From contig CM060731.1 in NCBI GenBank assembly GCA_030704615.1, positions 85,870,001-85,934,000 on the forward strand: 64,000 bases of DNA, written 5' to 3'. A program made the position numbers and the translations under genes. The notes beneath the pieces are model-generated. The model searched no databases. It saw only the letters and a program-made list of their open reading frames with translations, and was not told the DNA's origin. Shown one piece after another: positions 48,464-60,864 of this stretch. The stretch is from Takakia lepidozioides. Lineage: Eukaryota; Plantae; Bryophyta. How positions within the stretch are numbered: position 1 is the stretch's first letter; every line of letters begins with the position of its first letter.

Positions 48464-51442
48464 ATGGCAGGCACCAAGCGGAAGGCACCAAGTTCTTATG
48501 CGCAAGTCAATTTCAAAATCAGCCCGGCGTTGCGGAAGATTGAGCAGGACACAGAGACACATGAGACGTTGGACAGTCTTGGCCTGCGATACTTCATCAC
48601 CACGCTGGACTGGAACCTGAAGCACGACGAGCTATGCAGGGAGTTCTTGGAGAATTACAACACCAGCACTCGGAGCACAAATGTCCACGACACGCACATC
48701 CTGCTAACAGAGAAGTACTTGGCGGAAGTATTTCACCTTCCCAGTCTGGACGTACCACCGCACACCGACAAACCTCCAAGGTTTGTACTTGCAGATTTGC
48801 TTGAGAATCTCAACCAAGCAGATCAAGGCTACACATGCAGCCATAGCAAAAACCATGGCTTTAGGAAGATAGCCCCAGTACTTAGCACATTGCTTTGCCT
48901 CAGGCAAAACCATAGCTACTGTACCAAGGAGCTAATCGACCAAGTGTTGATTTGCTTCAATGGGCAAATTGTGAATTGGGCAAGCTTCTTATTGAAGAAG
49001 TTAACTCAAGAACTAACCAGGTTGACAAAGAAGAAGAAGGAAGCAACTGTTACCATGGCGACTCCCTTGTTACTCCAGATGATTCGACACACTGTACACC
49101 TAACGGCCGAAGAGCAAACGATGTTGGGAATTATGCAAAGGGTAGACACAATGGAGGAAGAAGGAAGTGAGACGGCAACAGGTCAGGAAGAAGAAGAGGG
49201 CGGACTTGCAAAGAGAGCCCGGATCAACGAAGCAACCACAAGTGCAGCAGCAGAGGACATCATCAACTCGACGGCTGATTCCCCAGTACAGAGAGAAGGG
49301 GAGAATCAACAGCCAGAAGGAGGGAACAAACCACAGACCAACGAAGCAACGCCCATGGAAATTAGCCATGGCAACACCGAAGCACAACAAGCAGCACACA
49401 CAGAGGAGGGAGACATAGTGGCGCAACAACAGCAGATAGTGCAACAGGCACCCGAACAGCAGCAACGGCAGATGGTGCAAGAGGCACTGAGTCAGCAGCA
49501 GCAAGACAAAAATTCCAATTTGGAATTACTACTAGCACAACAAGTTCTAGATACAACAGCATGGGACACAGGGTTGGAGGAAGCACCACAAAATGTCATT
49601 CTGCAGGCAATACAAGCATTGGGGCAACTGACAGTTTGTATGGACAGGGCCAAAGATTACATCAGCCCGGAAAACCTGAACATGATCTTAGACCATATCA
49701 AAGAGAAGCACCAAAGGGAATTGGCCACTGCAAGAACAGTATGTAACCATGAGGTTACAATTGCAGCATTAGAAGATCAAAAGTTGACCTTACTCCGCCA
49801 ATACAACACGTTGGCACAACGCAGAGATGAGTGGGAGCAAAAGTGGGAAAAACATAGAGACGAAACATGCCATGTCCAAGCCAACCTCGATGCAGAGCGA
49901 GAGAGATCTCGGAAAATAGAGACAGAGGTGGAAACACTCACAGGATAGGTGCAAACATTAAAGCAGCAGGTGGAGACACTCCAGGGGCGGCTGAGGACTG
50001 CCAGAGATCAGGGAACCAAGTGGCTCAACAGCAACACTACACTGCTGAAGCAAAGGGAGAATGCTGAGAGCAGGCTGTTTACTGCCACCATAGAAAGAGA
50101 CATTGTCATGGGCAATGAACAAGAATGGAAGAAGCAGCTGGAGAAGCTGACACTGCAAGCAGGACTGGATACAGCAGACGCAGCCTTAGCCAGAGCCTGG
50201 TTGAATGAAGGGAATGAATTGGAGATGAAGAAACTCAATAGGGCAATGGTAAGGCAGATGAAGTGCCAGTTGGCAAAATTGGTGACAGACATTCATGAGG
50301 AGTTCCTGCCACCAATTCCAGAATAAGAGGAGCTCATGGACGAAGAGGATCAAGAGGAGCAAGATCACGAACAAGAGACACCAATACAATCAACAACAAC
50401 AACACCAACACAAACACCACCAGCAACACAACCACCACCAAGCCAACAGACACTGATACAGGCCACAGCAGGGCCATCTACTCAAGAGGTAAACCTTGTA
50501 ACACTACCAAGTGTCCTGGTAGCATCAACTTCAGTAGCAGTGGATGATTTCCAAATCATGCCATGCAAGCAGGATGGGGAGTGGTTAAAGTATTCAGAGG
50601 AATACTTTAAAATGATGGTAATACTAGCCCACCAAATCCCAGAAATATTGGAGAAGGTTTTCAAAACCTTAACTCCCTGCAAATCATTGGGTCAATTGCA
50701 TCTGCTCAATCAAACTCTGATTCCTCTGAGATATAGGATGAGGCCACTGGCTAAGGATGAGACATGGTCAGGGGCAGAATTGGTTGAATTCTGGCGCCAG
50801 GCTCCCCTGGAATACAAGGAGTTGATAGCTTATATGTGGGCAGTGGGGCAATTGAAGATTAATCCTACCCCGGCAGTAACCATTGTAATGGGATGTCCAA
50901 GTTTTTATATTGGCAGTTACTTGTACCGCATGTTCGTGACAATGAGGGGAAGCTGGCAGCGCTATGAGAGTATTGAAAAAGATACTCACTGGGAATTACC
51001 CAAATTCCAGCCACCAGAGAGAGTCACAGGCACTTCAGCATATATGAATAGGCCACTGTATGCTGAAGCATGGCGCCCAAAGGACCACTTTTCACCATTG
51101 GTATTGGACATAGACCACCCTTTCAGAGAAACAGGGGTCCAAGCTGTTAACTGGTTAATGGGCAGCAGGGCAACAAAACACATTATACCCTGGACCAAGA
51201 AGGAGCTGCAAACCTACCGCAAAACCTTGACCAACAAACTCGATATGGTACGTGGGGACGGGATAGCAGAACACCCTGATGAAGAAAGCTGGCCTACTCA
51301 CGAACCAGAGGAGCAACCAGACAGTGACAATAACAGGAACAAGAAGCTGCCACCACGACAATCCTGGGACGCACTTCCTACCTCGCAGACAGGCATGCCA
51401 CCACCTTACATCCCCAAGAGATACAACAAGTACAGGAACTGA
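48464..51442 (+). pseudogene. ~990-codon extra (post-pol) ORF with two in-frame stops; Athila-type transposon-protein domain plus coiled coil
   Basis: ORFs 48365-49948, 49949-50326 and 50336-51442 share one frame. ELCREFLENY...V....I.LT...LAEVFHLP and QIVNWA.FL resemble post-pol ORFs of Athila/Tat elements; long heptad-rich region. Confidence 0.7.
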
Positions 51443-51486
51443 CGAAATTGTGCGGACACAATTTCAAAAGAGGGGGGGGGGGTAAA

Positions 51487-52340
51487 TGATAACGGCTATG
51501 CTACGAGGGACAGACAACGAGGGTCACAACGGGACATACCGGGTAGTGATGGACGTACACTACCTGAGTCACAGGCAGAGACGGCTAAGTACGCGGTACT
51601 TAGCCAATGGCAGGACAAGGGTACATTACCACGAGAGCAGTATTGGGTAGTGTAGTAACCGTGAGCCGTGAACCACGATATCACACGGTCACGTTAGCAT
51701 CGGCTTTAACCAATAGAGGGAGTAGTGGACCGTTTACCACTATGGCTCACGACCACTGCAACGAGCCATTTTTTAGCAAACCTTTTAGGTTGCGTAGGCA
51801 GTTAGGCAAACGGTAATTAACGACCGCAGACTATAACGGCTCTTTCGAGCATAGTATAAAAAGACTACACGCAACTTAGAGAGTGTACAGTATGAGTATC
51901 AGGGATCAGTGTGTACTTCTGTGATGATGTGACGAGCTCTGAAGTAAAGCCATGCTATTCGAAGTATCTCTGTGTAGAGTGAATGTGAGATGGAGAGAAT
52001 GTGCACTATGAGATAACGTGAGATGGTGAGAATGTGTATCATCTCAGAATAGTTTTTGTTTTCTCTTGACTACCATCTGCTTGTATGAACCAAGAGGCTT
52101 CAGTCCGTTCGACTAAGATCTTTTATGCTAAAAAGACTGTAGATTGGGCTTAATCAATAGGATTAAGCAGCCTACAGGGATATGGCTTCATACGATGTTC
52201 ATGGTTTAGCTATCCTTAAAACGATTACTTCGTAATCGTTTCTGAAATCATACCGTCGGACAACCTCTGTTGCATGTCTTAGGAAATGGGCAGTAGTGTT
52301 AATAGTCTGTTTTGTCTAAGTCATAAACCAGCGGTTAACA
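51487..52340 (+). repeat. 3' LTR (854 bp)
   Basis: Follows the PPT; TG...CA ends with imperfect inverted repeats; TATAAA near 51865. Confidence 0.7.
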
Positions 52341-55300
52341 TGGATGCACACCCCAAAGCCGCCCGTGGAAGACCTCACAAGAGCCAGCTCTCCTTGCAAT
52401 GGCATCATTAATGACTACTCTTGTCGAGATGGAGAACTCGACACTACTATGGCAAACGTCTCCTCAAGCATAGCCACGAGGACTGGCACACAATGCACAA
52501 TATCCCCTCACGCCGCCCACGACTCTGCTAATATGCTCAGGCGGCCTGACTCCAAGGTAGCCAAGAAGTTGTCTTCGCCCGCGCCACACCAGGGACACCA
52601 GCAACCCAAGGTCGTGATGATCCTCTTTCTTATTCTCTCGCCCCCCTACTTTGAGCTCCCTCCAGCTATGTCGACTTCTCGGGATAAACAGAAGGAGATG
52701 GCCCAGCATCTCTCCCACGACGTCCTCATCGAGCGATCCACTTCCGAAACTGCACTGCGCCCAATCCAGGCACACATGCCCCCTGGATACACAAGGAACA
52801 TCTGGAAGTTACTCGACTGGCACCCACGCACCGAGATGTACCCCCAGCCATGGCTATCACTCGACAGACAAGCTAGCAGCGTCGACCTAGTGTGCAAACA
52901 AAGCAGTCTGCTGCTCACTTAGAATGTTATGTTGTGGAGCTGGCAAACCGCCCCGAACAGCTCAAATAAAGTGAGGATGCAGCAAACTCAACAGACTGCA
53001 GGACCCCCGGCCAAGACAGGTCCTGTCTCTCCCACCACCCCACTAAAAAACAATATGGTACTTCCCTCACTCTATCCTCATGCTCGTCCTGTGACTTATT
53101 TTAGCTCACAATACTCGCTGAAGTTGCCCACATCACACCATGATCCTCATATGACGCCTCAAACAGATCTGGAACACATTTCCTCCCCCCGCACTAATGA
53201 CGATGCCACTCCTGCCCAGCTACAATACCATTGTATATGGAAGGTACATGATACCCTCAATACTCCATCTATGTCAAGTCAGGTGAATCAGGAAAGAATG
53301 GTTGTAAATCCCGCATCTGGAATAGACAATATCACCAGGGCTAGAATGGTTAGGTTGGGGATGCAGATGGCACTCCAAGACTCGGATCCAACCCATTGGG
53401 GAAGCAAGACAGAATTGGATGCTGACTTGCTGCTGGCATACCCAACTCAAACAGCTATACACACCTCGATTAAGGCAAGCACTGTCACCTCCACCACCCC
53501 ACTACTCAGCGACACGTTCGAAGACTCTCTGGATATTGAAAAAATCCGCTACAAGTACAAAGAGATAGAGAATAACCGGATCTGGCTCAATTTAGATACC
53601 GGATGACCCACTCCAGGTTAGTATACTTGCACATTGCCGCTCTATCAACACTCTTGCATAGACATGCTATTTCACTTGCCTCATCGCCATCCGGTCCATG
53701 CGATTCTCTATTACCTTCACTATGGCCAGATTCAAAGCTAATCTCTGAACATATGTTATACCCTCTCTTACATCAACACTCTATAACTTATTTGCTCTGG
53801 CCCCCCTACGGAGCCCCCCTATCTATAACATTGGCTGCGTCCTCCTACAAGTCATAGCACATATTGATAAAGCTGTTTCCGCCGCACTCAGCCACCTACT
53901 CAGATTCCAAAAAAGACTCAGAACTCCTGTCTCTCTTCCAGCCAGCTATAGTATATTTTCTAAATCTAGCTGACACCACAGGCCACGATCGGAACGCTGG
54001 TGTATCAATTCTCTCCTACTGCTGGGATGCCCCTCTGGGATGGGTATTCGGATGGGAGGTTTACTATTTCATGAGCAGAAACCATGAGCCATGAGCCATG
54101 AGCCATGAGCCGCATGAGCTGCATGAGCGGTGAGCCGAAGTCTAAGACACGCGGATTTCATGAGCGGACTCCTCCAAATTTGGAAATGCGGCAGATTAAA
54201 AATATATTAAAAAATGGTTTTTTATTTGACCTTGCCGTTTTTGGAAGTTCCAGATCCTGTAATGCGGCGAAGATATGTCGTCAGTAACAACTCCGCTCAT
54301 GGTTTTTTAGATCCGCTCATGGAAATGAGTGACCGTGTAACGAGAAATCCAGTATACCACGGCAAAAGGACGTCGCATACTGGCCTATATAGAGTATTCC
54401 GCGGTTTTACATGCCTTAACATTGGAATGAAGCTGATCTTTCTGCCGCGATTGAACCAATAGAGTCTGCACCAATATAACTGAAACTCTGAAAAGGATGG
54501 GCGTACCATTGTGTGGGGACCGCAAGCCAAGCTCACTGGTCCCCTGGATCCATATTCAGAAGAGTGTGCACCTCTTGGGGGCTCAACCCTGGTGCATGTA
54601 TGAAGTGATGAGTTGTGGAATTACATTGGAGTCTCTTTAGGTACATGTAGTACAGATGCTTGCAAGGGCAGTATGATGCCCCCTTGTTCGCCATGATCTG
54701 GAAGTCGGTGCAATTGCAGGTGGGTAATTCTGAAATGGTGATGCTCTACACCTCATTGCGAACAGCTGAGCCTACCGTGGCCATCTGATACACACGCCCA
54801 AAGCCTGATGGGGGCACTTTTGTCGAATTCTGGATTGTACAGTTCATCCGAAGTGCATTCCCCATCCTTGTCTCGTTCACTTTTGAGGGAGGTCGCCGCC
54901 TCTTTGGTTTCCCCCAACGGTGTGTAGGATGCTTAGAGCTATCACGTCCCATTGTTCTTGCTCTCACAGGGGTCAGTGGTGGAGGCTGTGGAAGCGGAAA
55001 TGGTTGTCTGGGGATGTCAGTGTGCTACACCATCCAAAATCCTGCGGCAGTAAGGGCGTCGGCCTCAACCTGACTCAGATCGCAGCCTGGTTCCACCGGC
55101 CACACCGGGGGAGCCTCTGGCATTGTATGCCGTACTTGGGCTTTCCATACACGCAAGTCATAATGTCGTGCCTGCAGAACCAGAACTGGGTGGTTGTCAC
55201 CTCCGCAAACTTTGCATGGACAAATCTTCCTGTAAAAGTAGGAGCAGGGACATCCCTATCTGGATTCCTCCTTATCATCTCTAAACAACGTTGTCGTGTA

Positions 55301-55409
55301 TCCACTCGAATTGCGGAAAACCTGCCTCGAAACGCCGGCTTTGTGCAAGCAATTCTCCACTGTGACGCAGACACAATTCCAGACCCGTGTGGGCATTCCG
55401 TCTTGTTGG

Positions 55410-55860
55410 ACGGAAATGCGGCACCGCATTCCATTGTCCAATACGAAATTTTGATGACGGACATGGAAATGCGGTGCCGCATTTTCAGAACGGGCATCGT
55501 TGTTTGTCCAATTCCAGACCCTTCGACGGAAATGCGGCACCGCATCCATTGTGCTCTCCGGAAATGCGGTGCCGTATTCCATTGTCCGGTACGAAATTTT
55601 GATGACGAACATGGAAATGCGGTGCCACATTTCCAGTATGGACATGGACAAGCATTAGCGATTGTGCCACATTTCCGTATGGACATGGACAAGCATTAGC
55701 GATATGGTGCCGCATTTCCAATTCGAAGTATGGTAATGCCATGTCAAGAAATGAAATGCGGTACAACATTTCCGTTACGACCACAATGGAGGAAAGGGAG
55801 CTGCCAAAAATCGCTGCATGGAGAAAAATGAAATGCGGTGCCGAATTTCCGAGCTTCGGC
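55410..55860. repeat. Array of palindromes GGAAATGCGG(TG/CA)CCGCATTTCC
   Basis: About 8 copies; part of the block is the inverted counterpart of 58570-58740. Confidence 0.8.
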
Positions 55861-56126
55861 ATGTACATGTTTCCTTTTACTCATACATGGATTTCCTTCA
55901 CCTCAGGACTCTGCTATCGCTGACTCTGGTATATTCATATGGACAGACACATTGTAGAAATGAGACCACAAATTGTAAACAGTGGGCCAATTACGGTAGT
56001 TCTTGAACACAATGAAACACAAGCACATAGAAGTGAGGTACGATGGGTTGTTTTATTGATGAAACACGGTGTCTCACATTTAACAACTCCAGACAAATCT
56101 AAGCCCTTCCTCCTTCTACATGGGCG

Positions 56127-56826
56127 TCACCAAGTCGACGGAACTTCAATAGCCCTCAAAACAAGCTCATTACTGATGCGGCACCTCGAGGTAAATTGCA
56201 ATGCGGTCGATCTGGTGCCCTTGGTGGAGCTGACGACAATGTCATGCCCATCAATCATACCACCATCATACATTGACAAGGTCACTGTGGGCCTCATGTG
56301 CCCGTGCGATTCGTCTTCGCAACTCAGCCGAATGTCTCCATACACTGGAAGAGCGGAGTGAACTCCACAAATATAGTTTTCCCCGGTGCCGTCCTCCCTG
56401 GTCCACTGGCAGCAGTTCCAGCGCCAAAGGGAGGCCGTGCGTGATCTGTCCAGCATCCCAACCCACTTTGGTATATCGAGGTCAACAATTTTCAGGACCC
56501 ACGGACCGCATTGACCCTCACCCTCACCTCGCTCAAAGCGGTAATAGCCCTCCAAATACTCCATTGCGCGCAAAGACTCCTGCTTGATTCCAGAAGCGTT
56601 TGTGAAAACAGAGAGCCAGACAATGATGTCTCCTGATTCTGGTTTGAACATAGCATAATCGTGGCCATGATAAGGGCAGTCTGCAGGATTTCGACGGCAC
56701 GACATCCTTGAAAAAAGAGTAGCGGAGTACGCTCAATGATAGCAGCTCATGGAGGAGGCAGCAGCGCGGTGGCTGGAAGAAGTTCAAGCAAACGCTGCAA
56801 TTCCTCACAAACACTCCAGGGCACAT
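56127..56826 (-). CDS. Uncharacterised protein, paralog 1 (192-aa ORF; N-terminus extends to 56826 across a +1 frameshift in a T-run)
   Basis: Aligns over its length with 57109-57822 (DCPY.G.DYAM, SGDI..W, FERG, RWNCCQWT, YGDI, DGGMI.GHDIVV, ELVLRA.EVP). Confidence 0.6.
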
Positions 56827-57108
56827 TTAAATTTTCCCCCTACAGGAACCTGCACGGATGAAGATTGGCTGCTCCATGAATGTAGCCGTTTCAATTTCCT
56901 TCCCTGCTATGCAAACTATGGGCAGTAAGTGCTAGGTGGGCCTATAGCCACTCGAGACGACGAAGTCCATCCCCCCTTCGATGTAAATGTGGCACCGAAT
57001 TTCCATCCGGGGGATGGACTTCGGTGGCAGATTTCAAACTATACCCCGTGGATGAGAAAGAGGTATCGGTTCATCCACCGTTGGCGAGATGAACACGTTA
57101 CACGATGA

Positions 57109-57822
57109 TTGGTGGGTACGTGGGACCCAGATGCTCCATTATTGGAGCCCGCACTGCTCTTCCGCTTCTCATCATTTCGAAAATCTAAGGGCTTCGTTGT
57201 TGTCCGCAAGGTCATTGTCATCTGCATCGAAGACGTCCTCAGGTCCTCCTTTGCAAGGATGTCGTGCTTCCGGAACCGGGACGACTGCCCTTATGGAGGC
57301 TTCGATTATGCAATGTATTCGGCCACATCGGGAGACATCGTTATCTGGTACACAAATTACACAGAAGATACTGGTTCGAATGTGGAAACATTGTCTGCTT
57401 TTGAGTATATCCCAAACCACTACGCCTTCGAGCGGGGTGACAATCTTGGTCTGAGGAGTCCGTGGCTCCTGTGCATCCTTGATTCCGATTTTCCCAGCTA
57501 CGACGGGCACCCATGCAAAAGAATGCGCACTGCTATGCTGTTGCGGTGGAACTGCTGCCAGTGGACGTGGGTGGACTCCATCGGAGAGACGTATACTCCT
57601 GAAGGAGTGTGCTCCTCTTCTCCATTGTATGGGGACATTCACATTGGTGTGGACGACGAAAACGTGAAGCTTTCCATATTCGATGGTGGTATGATTGAAG
57701 GGCACGACATTGTGGTGAACATCAACAGGGGCGGTACAACGGCTGCAATCTAGTTTACCTGGAGGAGCCCGATTACTCATGAGCTAGTTCTCAGAGCAGT
57801 TGAAGTCCCATTGACAACGTGA
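57109..57822 (+). CDS. Uncharacterised protein, paralog 2 (premature TAG at 57751-57753; homology continues to TGA at 57820-57822)
   Basis: Read-through gives FTWRSPITHELVLRAVEVPLTT, matching FTSRCRISNELVLRAIEVPSTW of paralog 1. Confidence 0.6.
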
Positions 57823-58539
57823 CTTGTATTCAGAAGGCACAGGGCTAAAGATTTGTTTGCACAATCAGCACAGTAGACGTGCTTCAAATGCAATTCATGT
57901 GGATCAATAAAAACCCCATTGTGCCCCCTTTTTGTTCTATTCTGTATCCATCGTTCCCAGAATGCATCATTCCTCATTTCGTTTGGGATTGGGAGTGTGG
58001 GTGGATTTTGCAAGTGGCTGGTAGGCTGAAATAGGCCCCCATTGTACAGAGCAGTACCACCCTACCATTCGCGAAACATTGCCTTTCAATATGTAATTCT
58101 AAAAAACATTGCCGAACCTCCTTCATCGGGAGGTCCTTCTCCCCCTATGACCGTGACACCCTAAACCCTATTCCCACGGACACTCATTTCCGGAAAATAG
58201 TCCTGCTCATGTTTTTTTCGACACTTACGACTCTGCTCATGGCTCATGGCTCATGAAATAGCAGCCCCCGAGGGGGACGTCCGTGCTCGCCCTGTGAGGC
58301 GGAGGATTGAAGAGGAACCCGGGTGCGAAGAGGATTCCTGGAGATCTGACAAGAACATTTGGACCGCACCTCGAGGTCATGTCATGTTGCCGCACAATGT
58401 GTCTTCCAGCAGTGGAAGCCCAAGAGTTTCCAGATCGCCATCGCCTTCAAGCGGGGATTCCGTGCAAGAAATTTCCACCGCTCGCTTGCCCCAGATTCCG
58501 CGCGCTGTTATGCAGTATGGTACAACGATGTCTGTTTTG

Positions 58540-59090
58540 GAAATGTGGTGCCGCATTTCCATGTTTGGCAATCGAATGTTCTTATTGGACAATGTAATGC
58601 GGTGCCGCATTTCCGTCAAAGGGTTTGGAATTGGACAAACAACGATGTCCGTTTTGGAAATGCGGCGCCGCATTTCCATGTACGTCATCGAAATTTCTTA
58701 TTGAACAATGGAATGCGGTGCCGCATTCCCGTCTAGCATCATGGAATGGGGAGCCGCATTTCCGTCGATGGGTCTCCTGTTGGAAAAACGTCCATCTCCA
58801 AAATGTAAATTCGGCACCGCATTTCCATGTTCGACCTCCGCATGCGGGGTGGCATATCCATTTACCTCCATGGAAGGAGCTGGCAATCGGCAAAACTGCT
58901 GTGTCGAGAACGGAAATGCGGCACCGCATTTCCGTTCGGCCGAAGTTTCTGATGTCCAAACCATGAAACGGAAAATTATTCTTGCCCCGGTTTTAGAAAT
59001 GCGGTGCCGCATTTCCAAAGGAGGTTTTTGCAGTTGCCATATTTCCGTTCCGACATGGAAATGCGGTGCCGCATTTCCGATTTTGGGAGG
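58540..59090. repeat. Second array of GGAAATGCGGTGCCGCATTTCC palindromes
   Basis: About 9 copies at 55-100 bp spacing. Confidence 0.8.
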
Positions 59091-59183
59091 GATGTGGTTT
59101 GGACGATGTTGTCGTTGAGAAGCACATGGGAGAGGGGACATGAAGGACGGGGAGAATTTCCTTTATATACTCTGGAAGAGAAT

Positions 59184-60864
59184 TTAAATGTACAGAGAGT
59201 TCATTAAAATTCTATTAATCTTGAAAATCATCACTATCGTCGTCCTGTCCTTGACGTCTTGTTCCGCCTCCACCCCGTCATTGCCTTTCTCATCTCCAGC
59301 GGACTGCTCGTTGGTCAGGCTTTCAAAAATCCCATCTTCCCCTTGCGGAACCGACCATCTCACCTCCGTTGGTTCGTCGTCCTCCCTGTCTGCATCGCTC
59401 TCATCCGCTGAATCACATATGAACTTTTGCACCCGTCTACCTATCTCAGCTGTTGCCAACTCTTTCCTTATCCTTCTGTCCTCCCTAGCCCTCTCCAAAA
59501 TCTGCTCTACTTTACTGGGATTCTCACATCGTCTAATCGCTGTATTTGCGAGTTTAGCTGCATAACTAGGAAGGGAGTAGTCCTTCACCGGGCTCGTCAT
59601 GAAGTCGGCCCTCGCAAAGAACGGGACATTCTTCCTGGCAGGAAGTGTAGGCCCTACATGTTTCGACCCGGATCCTGGAATCCTGCACATAACAATCACC
59701 AACGAGACCAATGAGAACCACAGTCCGGAAATGCGTTTGACAAAAAATCACCCAGAAGGCTTTGCAAACTTACAATTTTTGCACTAACTTGTATTCCGGG
59801 TTCTCCTCGGCATCAATGTCCACTGTCTCTTGCTCCGACTTCGACAAATCCGAGGAGTCTTTGGCTTCGATGGGAGCCTTCATATTCCGTTGCAGCCCTT
59901 CCAGATGGGATCCCCAGACGGATGTGTCCTCCTCGTAGGCAAAGAGGTGCCGGTCGGAAAACCGCCCAGCCCACATTGAGGCACCTGTTACAATGCCATC
60001 CACACATTATGACATGACCCTTCAGATGTTGCGAATTAAAGCATAACGAGAATTTGCAGAACAGCATAGAACAAGATTTTGCATACCTGTCCCACAGACG
60101 AGGTCGAGCACTGTGCCCTCCACGTCAATGCATGTCTCTATAATTGTGTGAATGAAGGCAGGGCTCAGAGTCTGTGAATACCGCAGGGGTTCTGTTGAAG
60201 TGAGGCTATGAGGGAGAAGTTCCGTGGGAACGTTGTTGAATAGGACATCGTAATCGATGGGGTCGCAGTTCGGGTCAACCAACAATCCCTCCTTCCAGAA
60301 AGCAAAGGTGGAGTTCTCATTCACAAAGCAGTATGCATCGAACTGCTTTGTCTGCATACACAGTGGGGAACGATTAGAAATCGAATGCGGCACCGCATTT
60401 CAAAACTCCTAGGAAAATGAAAGGACGACTACCAATGTCGTAATTACCTTCTTCCCTTCACTCCGAAGGCCCAATGTGTTGATGCACGTCCATTTCTTCT
60501 TCAGAATTGGGACGGCGCTCCTGCGGGTTCACTTCGCAATTCCTGTCTGCGTGTTTTTGCCTCTGCTCGCCAGGACAACCACACAACCTCTGTCGTCCAA
60601 CACCATGCGGGCGAGCCCGAATCCTTTCTTCCAAAAGTCCTCGGAGTACATGTTCCAAGATGGCAAAGCTTGCAGTCCTTCCACAGGCTCTCCATCCAGA
60701 ATATCCAAGATGATCATATCGCAAGACCACTCGGTGGCATTTCCGCCCCTCCTGCAATCATTTTCTGCACACACCCTCTCAAAGAACGAGATCATCTCAC
60801 AAACCCAGGGGTGTCGGAAGGCTCTTCGGCAACCGCCACTAGAAGCATTCGTGTCATTTACCAC
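59184..60864 (-). pseudogene. Spliced beta-class amino-(N4-cytosine/N6-adenine) DNA methyltransferase-like gene; exons ~60864-60448, 60351-60087, 59984-59789, 59682-59184
   Basis: Three GT..AG introns of 96, 102 and 106 bp with matching phases. Catalytic-strand CDMIILDILDG...LARMVLDDRGCVVV precedes SAM-binding SPAFIHTIIETC...GTVLDLVCGTG|ASMWAGRFSDRHLFAYEED. One in-frame TGA at 60529-60531. 5' end not defined. Confidence 0.65.

Larger units (their letters stand above)
47011..52340 (+). mobile_element. 3' half of an Athila/Tat-like Ty3/Gypsy element (integrase tail, extra ORF, PPT, 3' LTR)
   Basis: KLKMPWMGPFQIKRV..NG...RININKLKGY (integrase GPF region, ~47185-47315); purine tract AAGAGGGGGGGGGG at ~51468-51482; LTR TGATAAC...GTTAACA. 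Confidence 0.8.
54055..58269. mobile_element. Putative TIR-bounded non-autonomous DNA element (~4.2 kb) carrying two paralogous ORFs
   Basis: Left end CTATTTCATGAGC plus (CATGAGC)n at 54064-54130; right end (GCTCATG)n plus GCTCATGAAATAG at 58235-58261, inverted. No TSD recognised. Confidence 0.5.

Noticed and set aside
52344-54020. ORFs 52344-52922 and 52929-53606
   Set aside because: No recognisable motifs; probably decayed TE sequence, but I cannot support a call.
55410-59090. CRISPR-like arrays and the overlapping ORFs at 54920-55868 and 58246-59207
   Set aside because: The ORFs are by-products of stop-poor palindromic repeats (recurring GNAAPHF/KCGAAF in several frames); spacing is irregular.
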